Shown piece by piece: positions 37,988 to 50,693 of a DNA stretch of 64,000 bases. Source of the stretch: Vicugna vicugna (lineage: Eukaryota). How positions within the stretch are numbered: position 1 is the first letter of the stretch; each line of letters starts with the position of its first letter. Under the pieces are notes generated by a model that saw only the letters and a program-made list of their open reading frames with translations, was not told the DNA's origin and did no database searches. The stretch lies in contig MU060965.1 in assembly GCA_013265495.1 (NCBI GenBank), positions 248,001 through 312,000 of the forward strand. The letters are read 5' to 3'. The position numbers and the translations under genes were made by a program.

Positions 37988-40900
37988 ACACAGATGCCAT
38001 CCTGGGCTGTGGGCCTAGACCTGGCCTGTGCTTTCCCCCAAGGCTCTCTGAGGAAACGACCGCATGGTGCCAGCTGGGCTGGAGCTCCGGAGGGGACACC
38101 TGCACACACTGGCCCTCTGGCCTGGACGATTCCACCAGGGCTGCAGGTGCCACAGAAGCAGGCCGGTGGCCGAGAGGCTCTGTTTATCCAGTGTGTTTGG
38201 CCGCCTGTGTGAGCCTCGGCCCTTACACATTGCGCTGTAATTCGGGGCTATTTTAAGCCACCGTGTATGCCACCTCGTGAGCTGAGCTTCCTTTTTCTTC
38301 TTTGGACGCCTTCAGCTTGGCTTGGAACAGAAACTAAGACATTGGAGGGACTGCGTGCAGTGCCCCTGAAGTCAGCCTTTGCTGCGTCCCCCTCGGGCAG
38401 AGGCTGCGTCAGCTCTGACGGGGCGTCGGGGTGAAGTGCATGTTTTCCTGTCACAGTTCATGGCTACGGCCAGCGGACAGGACCCAAAACTGGAGTTCAA
38501 ACCTTGCTCTTTGTCCCACGGTTGGTTCAGGGTTTGGACTGTCCCTGGATGGATATGCCTTTGGTTAAATACCACACGTGCTCTTCCAGGACTCCATTTA
38601 AAATTTAACCTCCTTCTTGTAAACCACACGTGTGCCTGCAAGCGTGTGTGCGTGCGTTCAGGGACATTGTAACAGAGTGCTCATCTGTGTTTGGAGCCAG
38701 CCTGGCTCAGCTGAATCTGTCCCCTGGAGCACACTGCTGAAGGAGGTCACAGTTAAAGCCATTCATCGGCTGTGTGGGGCAGGACCATGGGGTTTGCCTG
38801 TAAGGTCGAAGCCCTCTGTGCGCAGAAAAGGTGCAAAATGAAGTATCTGTGGCACCCAGGATTCTAGGTCATCTAGCAAATACCCTAAATGTGGCAGAGC
38901 AGTGCTGGTTCTGACTGTGTGCTGCTTGCTGGCGGGCTAAGCACAGGGAAGTGAAGACGGACGCAGTGCGAGCACCAGGAGGGCTTCCCGGCCAAGGTGA
39001 CGCAATGAGAGTCAGAGTCAGAGGGGATGAAGGAGCTGTCCGGCAGGAGGGGTGCTGACCTGCCCCTCAGTGCACACGGGGAAAGTTCAGGGGGAAGTGG
39101 AAGGCCAGTGGGCACGGCTCCTCCGAGGGCCTGGGGTGCAGGGCGTGGAGCACGGGCCCCCAAGGCGGGGCAGGTCATAGCACCGCCCTTGCCGAGGGAA
39201 GTGCACAGCCTGGCTACTTGGAGACCAGCTCCCACTGCGGGAGGGCTGAGCCTCAGCGCCCTGGGAGGCCAGGTTTAGGGCAGCTCCCGGCCTGGCTGTT
39301 TGCGCGGCGGCTTTGCATACACTCACCTGTGCTGCAGGTGGAGCCCCAGCTTCAAGGGTCGAGGCCGCCTACACCAGGGTGGATGCCTGGGGCTCCGTCT
39401 CCAGGCTGGTGGGCGGTGCAGGTCCACACAGAGTGCCCCAGAAGGAGGGCAGGCGGCATGGGCTTCCCAGCGTGGAGAGCACTCTGTTTAATGGCCCTTC
39501 AGCCAGAGAGCATGCCCTCGCTGCTGCGTTCCTTCAGTGTCTTTTCCGCAACGGTGCTTATGGAAGTCTCCACCTGTTCGCCCAGGGTGGTCTCGGCACC
39601 CCTGCTCTGCGCGCCCACCCACACCTGCGCGGGGGCCCCGGGTGGGAGACCTCTCTGGTTCAGACTCCAGGGTTGTCATCTGTCGGCACTGAGACACGGG
39701 GTTTCAACTTCATATTCATTACACAAACCTGTGTTTGTTCTCTGGTTACTATCAAACACTGTGGGTCAGGCTTTGGCTGCTCCGTTTGAAGTAAAACATA
39801 CAGCCAGGCTGGTTAAAGGTGGCTTTGAGCAGAACTTAAGGAAGTTAGTGCCCTTGGGGATGGTTTTCAAACTGTGTTCCCCAGATCACCAGGGTTCCCC
39901 AGAGCACTCGCTCCCTTGGCTGTTTTGTAGAAGCGTGTGGTGACTTTCCATTTTGTAAGTCTCAAATATTCATTCAGAAACCAGCTTGTGCCTCTTTTTC
40001 TGTCTCCAGATGACGTTTCAGTGGTCATCACGGTCAGTTCCTCAGCCAGCCAAGGTCAGCCCAGAAAATAAGCAGTGTTGCTTTGACATTGCGTAGAAAA
40101 CAGTTACAATCATCGTCTGATTGCTTGATCATTAAGTTGCAAAGCAACGCCATTGTATAGCCTTCATCCCACATCTTCCATCCAGCTACCTCTGTTTGTA
40201 AAATTAAGTTTTATTTTGGAGCTTCTTCCAGGTTTTAGTGTTGATGGCTGACTCCAGCCAGGAGCGAATTTGACCTGCGGCGTCACGTGGGTCACGGAAG
40301 CCATCTCTCAGCTGGGATCTTACAGTTACTCTGTAACGTAAAGACCCAAACAGAGGGGGCGGGAGAGAGCATCTTCTCCAGGGCGAGGTCCCCCAGGGAC
40401 GGGTGGGCGAGCCCCCCACCACGTGTTTTCCTGCCGCCTGCTTTGAGTCGATCTCAGTGAAGTCGCAGGAGAGGACAAGTGTCACCTTCTCAGTTCACAC
40501 CAGTCCTTACTGCCGTGAGGTGTGAATCAGGGCGACAACACTGCACTGAGAGTTAGGCAAGTGTGGCTCGGTGTCGCCTGCAGGAGACCCTGAAGGAGGT
40601 TTTCCTGAAATAGCGGCGGCCAGTCTCAGGCCTGGTGGTGGTGGACTGCACGGCCTTCTTGCTCACAGGAACCTGGAGCCCACCCTCTCGGGCACCTGCC
40701 TTCCCCCTCCTCTTCTCTGTCCACAGCACTCGTGGTTCACTCGTGGTTCACTCGTGGGATGAAGACCCCACAGAGGGGACTGAGGTCGGGATAGGGGCAA
40801 GGACCCGCACAGGGCCTGGTGAGAGTGGCTCGAGCTCAGAACGGGCGGCCCCAGCATGAGGGCAGGAGGGAGACGCCGCAGGGGGAGTGGTGGGAACAGG

Positions 40901-41594
40901 CCACGAGGTCCAGCCTGAAGACGCACATCCCATTTGGAGACAGCAACCGCCCCGAGACAGTGGGAGGGCGAGGCCCGGGGCTGTGCGGCCGTGGCCACAC
41001 CACGCCTGGCTCCAGGGTGGAAGGCGAGAGTCCTCAGAAGGAGGACCTGCTGTGACCAGACTTGGAAGGCCTCCCTGACCCATGGACGTGCCAGGCCGGT
41101 GGCTGGGTGTGGGAGCCGCGTCAGGGTGGCGCTGGGATCAGGGGCCTCCACCGGCTGGGTCTGGGCTCCGGGTGTGCTTGCAGCGTTGGTGGGGAGCGTC
41201 TCTGGGAGTTCCGAGCAAGAGGCTGCCGCAACCTGGCTGACGTCCCCAGGGGGTTACGGCGCTTCCGTGGAGAACGGACTCGGCAGGAGAGGAGGGGGTT
41301 CTGGACGAACTCCAGAGGGAGGGCAGACCCGGCCTGGGGCCGGCCGGGTCGGAGGGGAGAGCCCAGGCCCTGGATGCGGGCTCCTGTGTGTGCCCCCTGC
41401 CCCGCGGGGGGCCGGCCAGTGCGGGCCGACGGGCCGAGTCCAGACCCAGCCCAGCTCCTGCGGCCTCTGTCTCTGTGTTCCTGCCCACGTGACGGACTTG
41501 CTCTCAAGCTGAGGCCACATCCAGCCCCAGACCCGAGGTCGCCATGCACCTGTCACAGCCTCTCCCTGGCTGGCTCCTGAGCCCTCAGGCATGT

Positions 41595-41670
41595 GCGGTG
41601 AGGAAGGCACTCTGTTCCCATTTACAGACGGGGAGACCGCGGCACAGAGCTTCACTGGTCCTGGTTGCGG
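41595..41670 (-). mobile_element. MIR fragment, antisense
   Basis: cccatttacagacggggagaccgcggcacagag resembles cccattttacagatgaggaaactgaggcacagag. Confidence 0.5.
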
Positions 41671-41837
41671 GAGACGCCGCGGGGGAGCGGCGGGCACAGG
41701 CTGCAGAAGCAGAGCTCTGTGAACATGCAGATCTGCCCACATAACCGCGTCTCGGGGGCTGTGGGGCGGGCGAGCTGTGTTCCCTGTGTTCTGGGTAGCA
41801 CGTGTGTGCACACGTGGCCTTGTTTCCATCTGACAAG

Positions 41838-42206
41838 TGTCTTAGCTTCCTGGGCTGCCCAAGCAAACACCGAAGGCCGGTAGGCTGCTCTCTCACAGCC
41901 AGGGTCAGAGTCTGAGATCCAGGTGTGGCAGGCGGGCGCTCCGAGGTCCTGAGGGAGGGTCTGTCTCGTGCTGTCCCAGTGTCAGGGGCTCCTGGAGACC
42001 CCTGGCGTGCTGCGGTGTTACCTGGGTCGGCCTCCGTCCTCACACGGCACCCCGTGTGCTTCTGTGTCCACACGTCCCCTTGTATCCATAAGGATGCAGT
42101 CACCTCGTCTTAGCTCGGTCACCCCTGTGAAGACCCTGAAGACATTCCAAGGCCCTGGGGTTTGCTTCAGCGTAAGAATTTGGGGAGACGCCATTCCACC
42201 ATAACA
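41838..42206 (-). mobile_element. MaLR solo LTR (MLT1C/D-like)
   Basis: Begins tgtcttagcttcctgggctgc and ends ...ttggggagacgccattccaccataaca (TG...CA). Internal ctctcacag, gagatccaggtgtggcagg and ataaggatgcagtca match MLT1. Confidence 0.8.
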
Positions 42207-42468
42207 GCTTTTGACTTTTAAGTTGAAAAGCAGCGTAACACAGTTGTACCAGAGTGTGACTTTTCCCCTTTTCTTCAGGGCGTGGCGATGCTCTGACAGA
42301 GTCCACGGTCTCTCTCCGCTTTGACCTTAGTGTGACGTTGGCATGTAGGAACGTCAGACCAGGGGGCTGAGTGCTCCCCGTGGGGCGCGCGGTCGGCTGT
42401 GGGGGTGGGGACCCGGGCCCGCGGCCACGCTGCCCATGGACGGAGCCGCAGCCCCTGCTTTCCCGCAG

Positions 42469-42588
42469 GCGTCCTTCCCGGCAAACCTGCAGCTCGTCCT
42501 TGTCCTGCGCCCAACGGGGTTTCTCCAGAGGACGCTCTCTGACCTCGCCTTCAGGTTCAACAGAGATGACTTTAAGATGAAGGTACCG
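42469..42588 (+). CDS. MCF2L: Exon 5 ASFPANLQLVLVLRPTGFLQRTLSDLAFRFNRDDFKMKVP (Sec14)
   Basis: cccgcag|GCG...CCG|gtaagt, 120 nt, phase 0/0. Confidence 0.96.
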
Positions 42589-44499
42589 GTAAGTGCCCTC
42601 TGCCCACCTCCTGTGAGGAGTGGCCTGGCTTTCCCCGGGGGTGGGGGCGCCAGGCTCATGGGTGTGAGTGACCCCCAGACCGCAGAGGGGCCCCTGCCTC
42701 ACCTCCCTACTCCGGCCAGCACGGGGCACCCCGGCATCTGCCAGTCTTCCTGTAAAAGGCAGAGCCTGCATCGAGTCCCTCAAGAACTGTGTCCCCACGA
42801 AGCCTGTGTCCCGGGGAGGGCAGCCTGCATCACGCCAGGTCTCAGCAGTGAGGAGGGGGCTCCCCGGCAATGCGGTCATTGAACAGAGGACAGGGACACG
42901 GGGGCCCACACCCAGCGCCTTGAAACCTCTCCAGCAAGACCACCGGACTCCTCCTGGGAGTATGAGCATCCCGGGGGTGGGTCGCCGTCCGCGAGGTTGT
43001 CCCTTGTTCTCGGGGCACAGATGGAGGCGCTCTGCCCGGCTGGGGGCCAGGTGTGCAGGCCCTGCTCAGCAGCCCTAACCCTTGGGCTCCGGGTTTGGCA
43101 GGGGATGGGTGCCCCTACCATTTGTGTAGCATCGAACAGCCTTGGTTTCGGACAGTCCCTCTCCTGGGTGATGTCCTAGGGGTGGAGGATGCCGGCTGGA
43201 GGCTGGTGGTCCGACCCTGAGACCGCGGACGCTGTGGGGGGTCTGTGCGCCCTGGTGGGACATCCCCCCGCCCTCCCTGCGTGGAGCCACCTCCTGGCAG
43301 CACTGTTTCCGGGCCCCTGTCAGATAGGGACATTGGTCCACATTTGGCAAGAGACCCTGGCTAACCAATGGACCTTCGTCAGAAGAAACAAGAAAACTGG
43401 GCTGGGATCTCTGTCCTCAGTGTGCGGTCAGCCTGTACTCGGCACCAGGGCCGAAGCCGCGAGTCCTCAAACATAGCAGCACAGAATTCAGCGCTGGCCC
43501 CTTGGTGCACTGGCCGGTTCTAGATAACCCCTCATAGTCACAGAGGGCATCGTCTCAGAGAGGCTGGCGCCGTGTGCCGACCTCGGTGCTGAGCGGAAGA
43601 TGTCAGGAGAAACGGCGGGTCTGGGCCTTTTCTGTCATGGTTCAGGAGACACGGAGCAGCGGGACCCATGCAGGAAGTGCCCCAGAGCCCCGGGTTGGGG
43701 ACCAGCCCGCCTCTGGTCCTGCCGGCCGTGGGGCAGGGCGAGCCGGGTGAACAACCTCCCTGGACGGCACGGAGAGAACAGCCGTCTCTGCCGAGAACTG
43801 GCATCCAGCCTCGGCGCCGGCCGCACAGCAGGGGCCCCTGCACGGCTTGGGCTGGTGCCCTCCGCGGGGGGCTGGCCTGTGCTGGGGGGACCTTGCAGCA
43901 CCGCCTCTCCTCCAGCCGCCCCCACGCGGTGACAGTCAGGGTTGACTCCCCTCCGATGTCCCCTGGGCCCCCAGCCAGCACAGTGTTTAATAAAACACAA
44001 GGTGGTGTCGAGTAGCCCAGGGCTGTGCCTCCAGGACCTCCGTGGCGGCGCCTGACAGCTTGCAAAGCAAAGGCTGTGCTTTATCCGAGGCTTGTGGATA
44101 GAATGGCCTCACCAGGGCAAAAGCAAGATAGGAAACAACCCTTGTTCCTGGGCACCTGTTCTCCACAAGGCCTGCTGTGCCACGGTGGGTCCTCCACTGC
44201 CTCCGCCTCCAAGCAGCCTCCCAGGTGTCAGCGGGAACACGGACAGCCCGGTGGCTTTGGTGTCTGCACGGTCCACTGCCCGCGGGCCCCTGGCCCATCA
44301 GATGCTTGGTGTCGGCGGCCCAGGGTTTGCTTGCCCCAGATGCTGTCGTCTGGTGAGACCAGTCCTCACACGCCCGTCCACGGACAGGAAGGCACGGGGG
44401 CTCTTGGCCCGTCTGACACTGTGGAGCTGGGCAGCGCCGTCTGCCCCTCATCCGCGTCTGTGCGGCAGTCTGCTTATGGGCGGCTTTGCTCTCCCTCAG

Positions 44500-44616
44500 G
44501 TCATAATGCTGAGCTCAGTACCTGAATTACACGGTTACATCGACAAGTCCCAGCTGACGGAGGACTTGGGCGGGACGCTGGATTACTGCCACTCCAGATG
44601 GCTGTGTCACCGCACA
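44500..44616 (+). CDS. MCF2L: Exon 6 VIMLSSVPELHGYIDKSQLTEDLGGTLDYCHSRWLCHRT (end of Sec14)
   Basis: ccctcag|GTC...ACA|gtgagt, 117 nt, phase 0/0. Confidence 0.96.
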
Positions 44617-45027
44617 GTGAGTCCCCCGGTTCTCAGTAACCCTGATCAACCCGACAGAGTTGCTTTTGCCTTAGGACGCTGCCTGTTCCCACGAACCCGT
44701 GTTTTCTCCCCAAGAACGAGCAGATGGTCTCAGTGGACCTAAGTCATCTGAAGGAATCACATGAGTCATGAGTCGGGAGTCGCTTTCTCTGGGCTCAGAG
44801 ACAGATGAAAGCGAAGCCCAGCGGGGTTCACGGCACTCACGCCTCTCAGGAGGCCAGAGAGCCCTGGCGGTGGGAACCTCTGTCTGTGAAGGAGCCGTGA
44901 GGCTGCGACGCGGGGGCCGGGCCCGCTGCTGTGGACCGGCCGCTTGGGCCCATGCTCCTGAGGGCGGTGGGGCTGCAGAGGGCGCGGTGCTCACGCGGCT
45001 TTGTGACGGTGCCCTCCTCCCCCCGAG

Positions 45028-45177
45028 GCCATTGAGAGCTTCGCCCTCACAGTTAAGCAGACGGCACAGACGCTGCAGGTGTTTGGGACTGAGCTGGCTG
45101 AGACGGAGCTGCCCAACGACGTCCAGTCCACGAGCTCCGTGCTCTTCGCTCACACAGAAAAGAGGGACCGAGCGAAG
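45028..45177 (+). CDS. MCF2L: Exon 7 AIESFALTVKQTAQTLQVFGTELAETELPNDVQSTSSVLFAHTEKRDRAK
   Basis: Unusual cccgag|GCC acceptor, AAG|gtgcgc donor, 150 nt, phase 0/0. Confidence 0.92.
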
Positions 45178-45974
45178 GTGCGCATGGCCCCCAGGTCCTC
45201 GCCCGTGCGCGGGATGGTGGGGGCACAGAGCCGAGGGGCTCCCAGCATGAGTTCTGGGTCTCCTGAGTTGGGTGCCGTCTGCAGTGAGAGCTGACCCGCC
45301 TTCAAAGCAGCGCAGCGGGCGCTGCGAGCTCAGCCCTCCCCACATGGGTCCTGTGCGTCTGGATGAGCCCGCTCCCCGCTCTCCTGCTGCAGGTCTCTCC
45401 TCTCGGTGTTTCTACTGCGGATCTGGGCAGAGGAGACAGGATGTCCCTCCCTGCCCTCCCCCACCCTGTGTCCCCAGGGACCAGTAGGCGGGGACGGCTG
45501 AGCGTCACTGCCCACATCTCCCCTTCCGATGAACGTGTCCCTGGGGTGTGCTCCCGAGTCTGGCCCGGCCTGCGTGCTTTGGGCTCTGAGTCAATGGAGG
45601 CCGCAACCCTGGGGGCTGCCCCCGCCCCACCAGGAGAGCTTCAAGCTCCCTTTTGACCCTGGCAGCGGGACGGGCCGCCAGAGCAGGCACGTGGAGGTCT
45701 GGTTTCCAGTCACTGTCTCCTGTCCCACTGCCCGGGAGACCAGTAACCCTAGCTCTGCCCCATTGCAGTGGGAGGAGCGCCTTCCTGCGCCAGCCTCCTC
45801 CCCAGCGCTCAGGCAGCATCAGCAGAGCGTCTGGGAAGATGTGCTGAGGCCGGCCGTGTGCCCACTTACCGCAGCCCTCGAGGGGTGTGCCCCACAGAGC
45901 CCGCGCTGTCTCTGACCTGGACAGAGTCCTGGGGCCCCGGGGCCTGGGTCCCAGGTGCCGTGCTCTTCCTGCAG

Positions 45975-46099
45975 GAGGACATGAGGCTGGCACTGGACGA
46001 GGGGCAGAGCGTCCTGGAGAGCCTCAGGGAGCCTCTGGCCAAGAGCCCGGAGCAGAGCCTGAACCAGGACCAGCTGGACAGTCAGACCACCGTGCAGAG
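45975..46099 (+). CDS. MCF2L: Exon 8 EDMRLALDEGQSVLESLREPLAKSPEQSLNQDQLDSQTTVQR
   Basis: cctgcag|GAG...GAG|gtgggt, 125 nt, phase 0/2. Confidence 0.95.
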
Positions 46100-46484
46100 G
46101 TGGGTGCCTGGGGCCTGGGAGCATGTGGCGCTGTGGACAGAGTGACCGTGGGCCGTGTCCGCGGCACGAGTGGGGCCACTCTGCTTCCGTCCCCCCGTGA
46201 ACTGAAGTTGTCGATAATGAGCCCAAATCCTTACCACCTCAGCCTTTTAACGTATTGACAAACTCGCTGAGCAGGCGGCTCTGAGAGACTGAGTGTGCCC
46301 CCGTGTGGCGAGGGCAGGGGCCCCGGGGGGGACAGACCACCATCACTCCAGCCCTCGGACACACCCCCTCCCACCTGGAGGGAAGGCTCGGTGCAGAGTG
46401 CACGGTGGGTGCGGGCAGGGGTGGTTCTCCACGGCCCCTGCGGCCGCTCCCTCCCGTGGCCCAGCCACCTGTCCTCTCTCCCAG

Positions 46485-46599
46485 GCTCCTGGCCCAGCTG
46501 AATGAAACCGAGGCCGCCTTTGATGAGTTTTGGGCAAAACATCAGCAGAAACTCGAGCAGTGTCTGCAGCTCCGGCATTTTGAGCAGGATTTCCGGGAG
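46485..46599 (+). CDS. MCF2L: Exon 9 LLAQLNETEAAFDEFWAKHQQKLEQCLQLRHFEQDFRE (spectrin-like)
   Basis: ctcccag|G...GAG|gtgagt, 115 nt, phase 2/0. Confidence 0.96.
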
Positions 46600-47539
46600 G
46601 TGAGTGGCCCAGAGCTGGGGGAGCCTGCAGGTGGGCCCCTGAGGGGTCCCGGGAAGACCTCGGGGCTGGGTACCCAGGTGGCTGCGCTCAGTGAGCCCCG
46701 CGGAGCTGCAGGGCGGGTGGAAATGTGTGACTGGCGAGCGCCCCGCTACAGACGAAGGCTGCGTTCCCACGTTGTCAGGCGCGCCCCTGGCCTGGTCTGT
46801 GAACTGGTCAGGAGGCGCCGTGCTGCTCCTGTGGTCGTTTGCGCGTTCTCTTCTCCCACAAGGGGGCCTGGCGCGGGGCCCGGGCATAGACAGTGAGAGG
46901 TACGCCCACCTCGCGGGCAGCGCGACAGGACAGAGCAAACACCTCGTTAAACAGCCAGTTTGCGGCCGGTCACTCATTTGTTCACACGAAGACGTGCACT
47001 GAGACCTCCCCGTGGTCGCGCCCTGGTGCAAGGGACCGCAGCACCTTTCCCCTCCTGAAACGTCTGGTCAAGACGGGGGAGCCAGGAACACCCAGGAGCA
47101 GAGAACCCCCCACCCCTCCACCCGCCGGCCCCCCCCACCGGTGGTGACAGACTCTAGGCCGCGGAGCCACCCGGTGGGTGGGGCAGCGAGCAGCCCTGGG
47201 GGACCACCCTCCAGCCTGTCCTCAGCGGAGAGGCCTGACTTCTTTGGGAAAACGTTCCCTGAGGATTGAAAGGCCGGGGCACGTGCTCCAGCTGGGACAG
47301 CAAGGTGACCGGTCCCATGGGCCCCGAGCAGAGCGGGAACCTGGCCGGTGTGAGCAGCTCGCCGCGGACCCGTGGAGGGTCGTTGGTCTCCGTTTCTGTG
47401 GGACCGAGGAAGGCGCTCCAGACAGCCAGGCTCTTCACTTAGAGACAATCGTGGGCTCACGTGCAGTTACGAGGAGTGATCCAGAGACCACTGTCCCTTC
47501 ACCCAGTTCCCCCAATGGCAGCATCTTCCCAAACTAGCT

Positions 47540-49470
47540 CAGTGTCACTGTGCGGGACCGACACCAACACAGCCAGCGCAGGACCCCCGTCCCCACCCTT
47601 TATAGACACCTGCCTCCCCTCACCCGACCCCGTCCGCGTCCTGAGTCCTGCCGACCACTAGTCCGCTCTCCATTCCCACAGTGTCGCTTCGAGAATGTTC
47701 TCTCAACGGAATCACACAGCACGTAACCTGGTGGGTTAGCTCGTCACTCGGCAGGCCTGCCGGGAGATGCAGCCAGGTAGTTACGTGGACCGTAGTTCGT
47801 CCTGGTTATTGCTGGGTAGTTACTGGTCCACGGCGTAGACAACCTTGTGGTTTCCTGCTCACCTGCTGAAGGTCGTCTGGGCTGTTTCCGCGTTTTTGCT
47901 GTTACAGATGAAGCTGTCGTAAACCTGCGTCTCTGGGTTTTGTGTGAACGTGTTCTCCTTTCTCTGAGCTAAGTGCCCAGGCAGGAGCCCCACTCCTGGG
48001 CTTAGCTCTTTAAGAAACGGCAGGCTGTTTCCAGGTGGCTGTACCGCTCCACGTCCCCGCCAGCGCAGTGATGCAGCTGCCCCGCGGCCTCACGGCGCTT
48101 GGTGTGGTTCACCCCTCACTGTGCGCACATTTCCGAGGGCTGCGTGTCGCCGCCTCCCCGTGGTTCGAGCCTGCGTCTTCCTGACGGTGTCGGCGTTGAT
48201 GCCCCCGCGGCTTAGTCCTCATCACACATCCTTTCCCAGAACATCTCTGTTCCTGCCCCGGTTCTGACCCGGTGGCTTTGGTTTCGTTTTGGCATTTTGA
48301 GAGTTCTTCCTGTGCTGTACATACTGTCCTTTGTCAGATTTGTGGTTTGAGAACGTTTCTTTCTGGGCTGTCACCTTCTTTACCCTCCTCACGGGGTTTT
48401 TCACAAAGCAGGGTTTTTAATCTTGATAAAGTCCAAGTGATCAGTTTTTCCTTTTCAGATCATACTCGTGGTGTCAATCCTAAATTCCAGATCCCAGATA
48501 TATTCCCCTAAGGTTTTTTTTCTTAGACGTGTATAATCTTATACTCGTGCTCATGATCCATTTCAAGTTAATTTTTGTATGAAGTATGAGAATTTGGTCC
48601 ATTTTGTTTTAATTTCTAGGCGTTGAGTTCCTCCAGCATCACTTGTTGAAAGACAGCCTTTCCTCCATCAGGGCTCCTTTCCCCTTTGGTCGAAAATCAG
48701 TTGGACACCCTGTCCGGGTCCGGGTCAGGGTCCGGGTCGGAATCCTGTCCATCTATACCCCACAGTCTCCATTCCTGCAGGTGTGGCCTCCCCTTCCCTC
48801 CCACTCATTCTTCACGGTGGTTTTAGCCATTCTGGTTCCTTTGTCTGTCCATATAAATTTAAAATAATCTTGTCTGCGCCTTCGGGAGACCCTGCGGGGC
48901 GTTGTCAGGGATCGTGGGGAGCCGGTGCGCCCTCGGGGGAGAGTCGGCGCCGTGACTGTGCTGGTCTCCGCGCCTCGAGCGCACGCGGCTCCCCACGTGT
49001 CAGGGTTCCTTTCTCCAGCGTGTGTGGTTCTCACCAGTTCAGTACATTTTGTTTGACTTCTACACGTGTGTTTCCTTTTTTAAAGAATTGTGGGTGGTGT
49101 TGAAGCCTTAGTTTCGGCGTCCGCGTGTCTGTTGCCATACAACCGAGGCTCGCGCACTCGCCTTGTCTCCTGAAACTTTGCTGAACTCACTCAGTCTTGG
49201 AGTCATTTTGTAAAGCTTTGGGGGTTCTCCATGGACACGATCTGGCCACGTACAGACAGGAACGGCGTGATTCCTTCCTTTTCAATCTGTGTTTCTTTTT
49301 GTTTATGTTTTTAATCTTCCTGCCGTATTGCACCGGACAGCGCCTCCACCACTTGAATGCGGTGGTGAGACTGGGGAGGCGCCCTCAGCAGCACCACACC
49401 TGTGAGGTCGGCAGCAGGCTCTCCTGGATGCTCTGTTGAAAGCAGGACATTTCCCTCTTGTTGCCCTCCT
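47540..49470 (-). mobile_element. About 1.9-kb old L1M (L1MB/MC-like) 3' fragment
   Basis: Colinear with the antisense L1 3' UTR and ORF2 end (gaatgttctctcaacggaatcacacagc; gggctgtttcc; tttttaatcttgataaagtccaa; atgatccatttcaagttaatttttgtatg). No intact ORF. Confidence 0.85.
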
Positions 49471-49581
49471 GAGAGGAGGTCCGGGTCCCCTCCGCCCTGC
49501 ACCCCGTGTCCACAGCGTCTCCCCCCTCTCCTTCAGCTGTGGCTCTTCTGAGCTTCTGCTCTCTCGCCCCTGCTGTCTCAG

Positions 49582-49701
49582 GTCAAGGCCGCCTTGGACG
49601 CGCTGGCCCAGAAGATAGCCACCTTCACTGACGTGGGCAACAGCCTGGCACACGCGGAGCACCTCCTGAAGGACCTGGCCCGCTTCGAGGAGAAGTCCAG
49701 C
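49582..49701 (+). CDS. MCF2L: Exon 10 VKAALDALAQKIATFTDVGNSLAHAEHLLKDLARFEEKSS (spectrin-like)
   Basis: gtctcag|GTC...AGC|gtaagg, 120 nt, phase 0/0. Confidence 0.95.
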
Positions 49702-49882
49702 GTAAGGGCCCGGCGTGGCGGGCTGCCTGGCAGCACTGCGCCCACTGTCTCCAGAAGCCCCGGGCCCTGAGCCACGTGGGCAGGTGGAGGGACGGCCACC
49801 CGGCCCCCCCACTCCCCACCACGCCCACCCCCAGCAGGCAGCAGTGAGCGCGAGCTGAGCTGCGTGTCTGACACTGCCGCAG

Positions 49883-50074
49883 GTGGCCGTGGGGCGAGCC
49901 CGTGCCCTGTCCCTGGAGGGCGAGCAGCTCATCAGCCACAAGCATTATGCCGTGGACTCCATCCGCCCCAAGTGCCACGAGCTCGGGCACCTGTGCGACC
50001 AGTTTGCGGCAGACGTCGGGCGGAGGAGGGCGCTGCTGAGCCAGTCGCTGGAGCTGCTCAGCCTCCTGGAGGCG
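49883..50074 (+). CDS. MCF2L: Exon 11 VAVGRARALSLEGEQLISHKHYAVDSIRPKCHELGHLCDQFAADVGRRRALLSQSLELLSLLEA
   Basis: gccgcag|GTG...GCG|gtaggc, 192 nt, phase 0/0. Confidence 0.95.
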
Positions 50075-50501
50075 GTAGGCCCCCCCCAGCCCCGCCCCAC
50101 ACCCCGGTCCCACCCCGGTCCCGCTGGGCCCCTCCCACCATGGCTGGACCTCAGGCACTGGTTGGAAGACGGCCCACGGCCTCCTGTGTGCCTTTCTTGA
50201 GGCCCAGACGGTCCTGTCGTGACATAAGTGGCCATTTCTGAAACTCACTGGCCACAGCTGACTGCGTCTATAAAAGGCCCGGAGACTGACCGTCCAGCCA
50301 GTTCACTGCTCTTTGCCCGCAGTGTGGATGGGCCCAGTCCTGGGCGGTTAGCTTGGTTTTGGGCCATGCGTCCCCCAGGGGAGCCCTCAGGACGTAGTGG
50401 CGGGACTTAGGCCACACGGCCACGCAGAGGGTCGCACGCAGCATCCGCGGGCCGTGCCCGAGGCGCCAGGGCAGCCCTCATGCGCCCTTCTTTCCCTCCA
50501 G

Positions 50502-50693
50502 TCCATGAGGTGGTGTGATGAGGGCATCTACCTGCTGGCCTCACAGCCAGTGGACAAGTGCCAGTCCCAGGACGGCGCCGAGGCGGCTCTCCAGGAGATC
50601 GAGAAGTTTCTGGAGACTGGAGCAGAAAACAAGATCCGGGAACTCAGTAGACTCTACCAGGACTATGAGCCCATCCTCACCCCGGAGCTAAGG
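50502..50693 (+). CDS. MCF2L: Exon 12 SMRWCDEGIYLLASQPVDKCQSQDGAEAALQEIEKFLETGAENKIRELSRLYQDYEPILTPELR
   Basis: cctccag|TCC...AGG|gtaggg, 192 nt, phase 0/0. Confidence 0.95.

Noticed and set aside
37228-38256. 342-aa repetitive ORF and its antisense ORFs
   Set aside because: They come from the stop-free minisatellite. The 40-nt unit cycles through all three frames.
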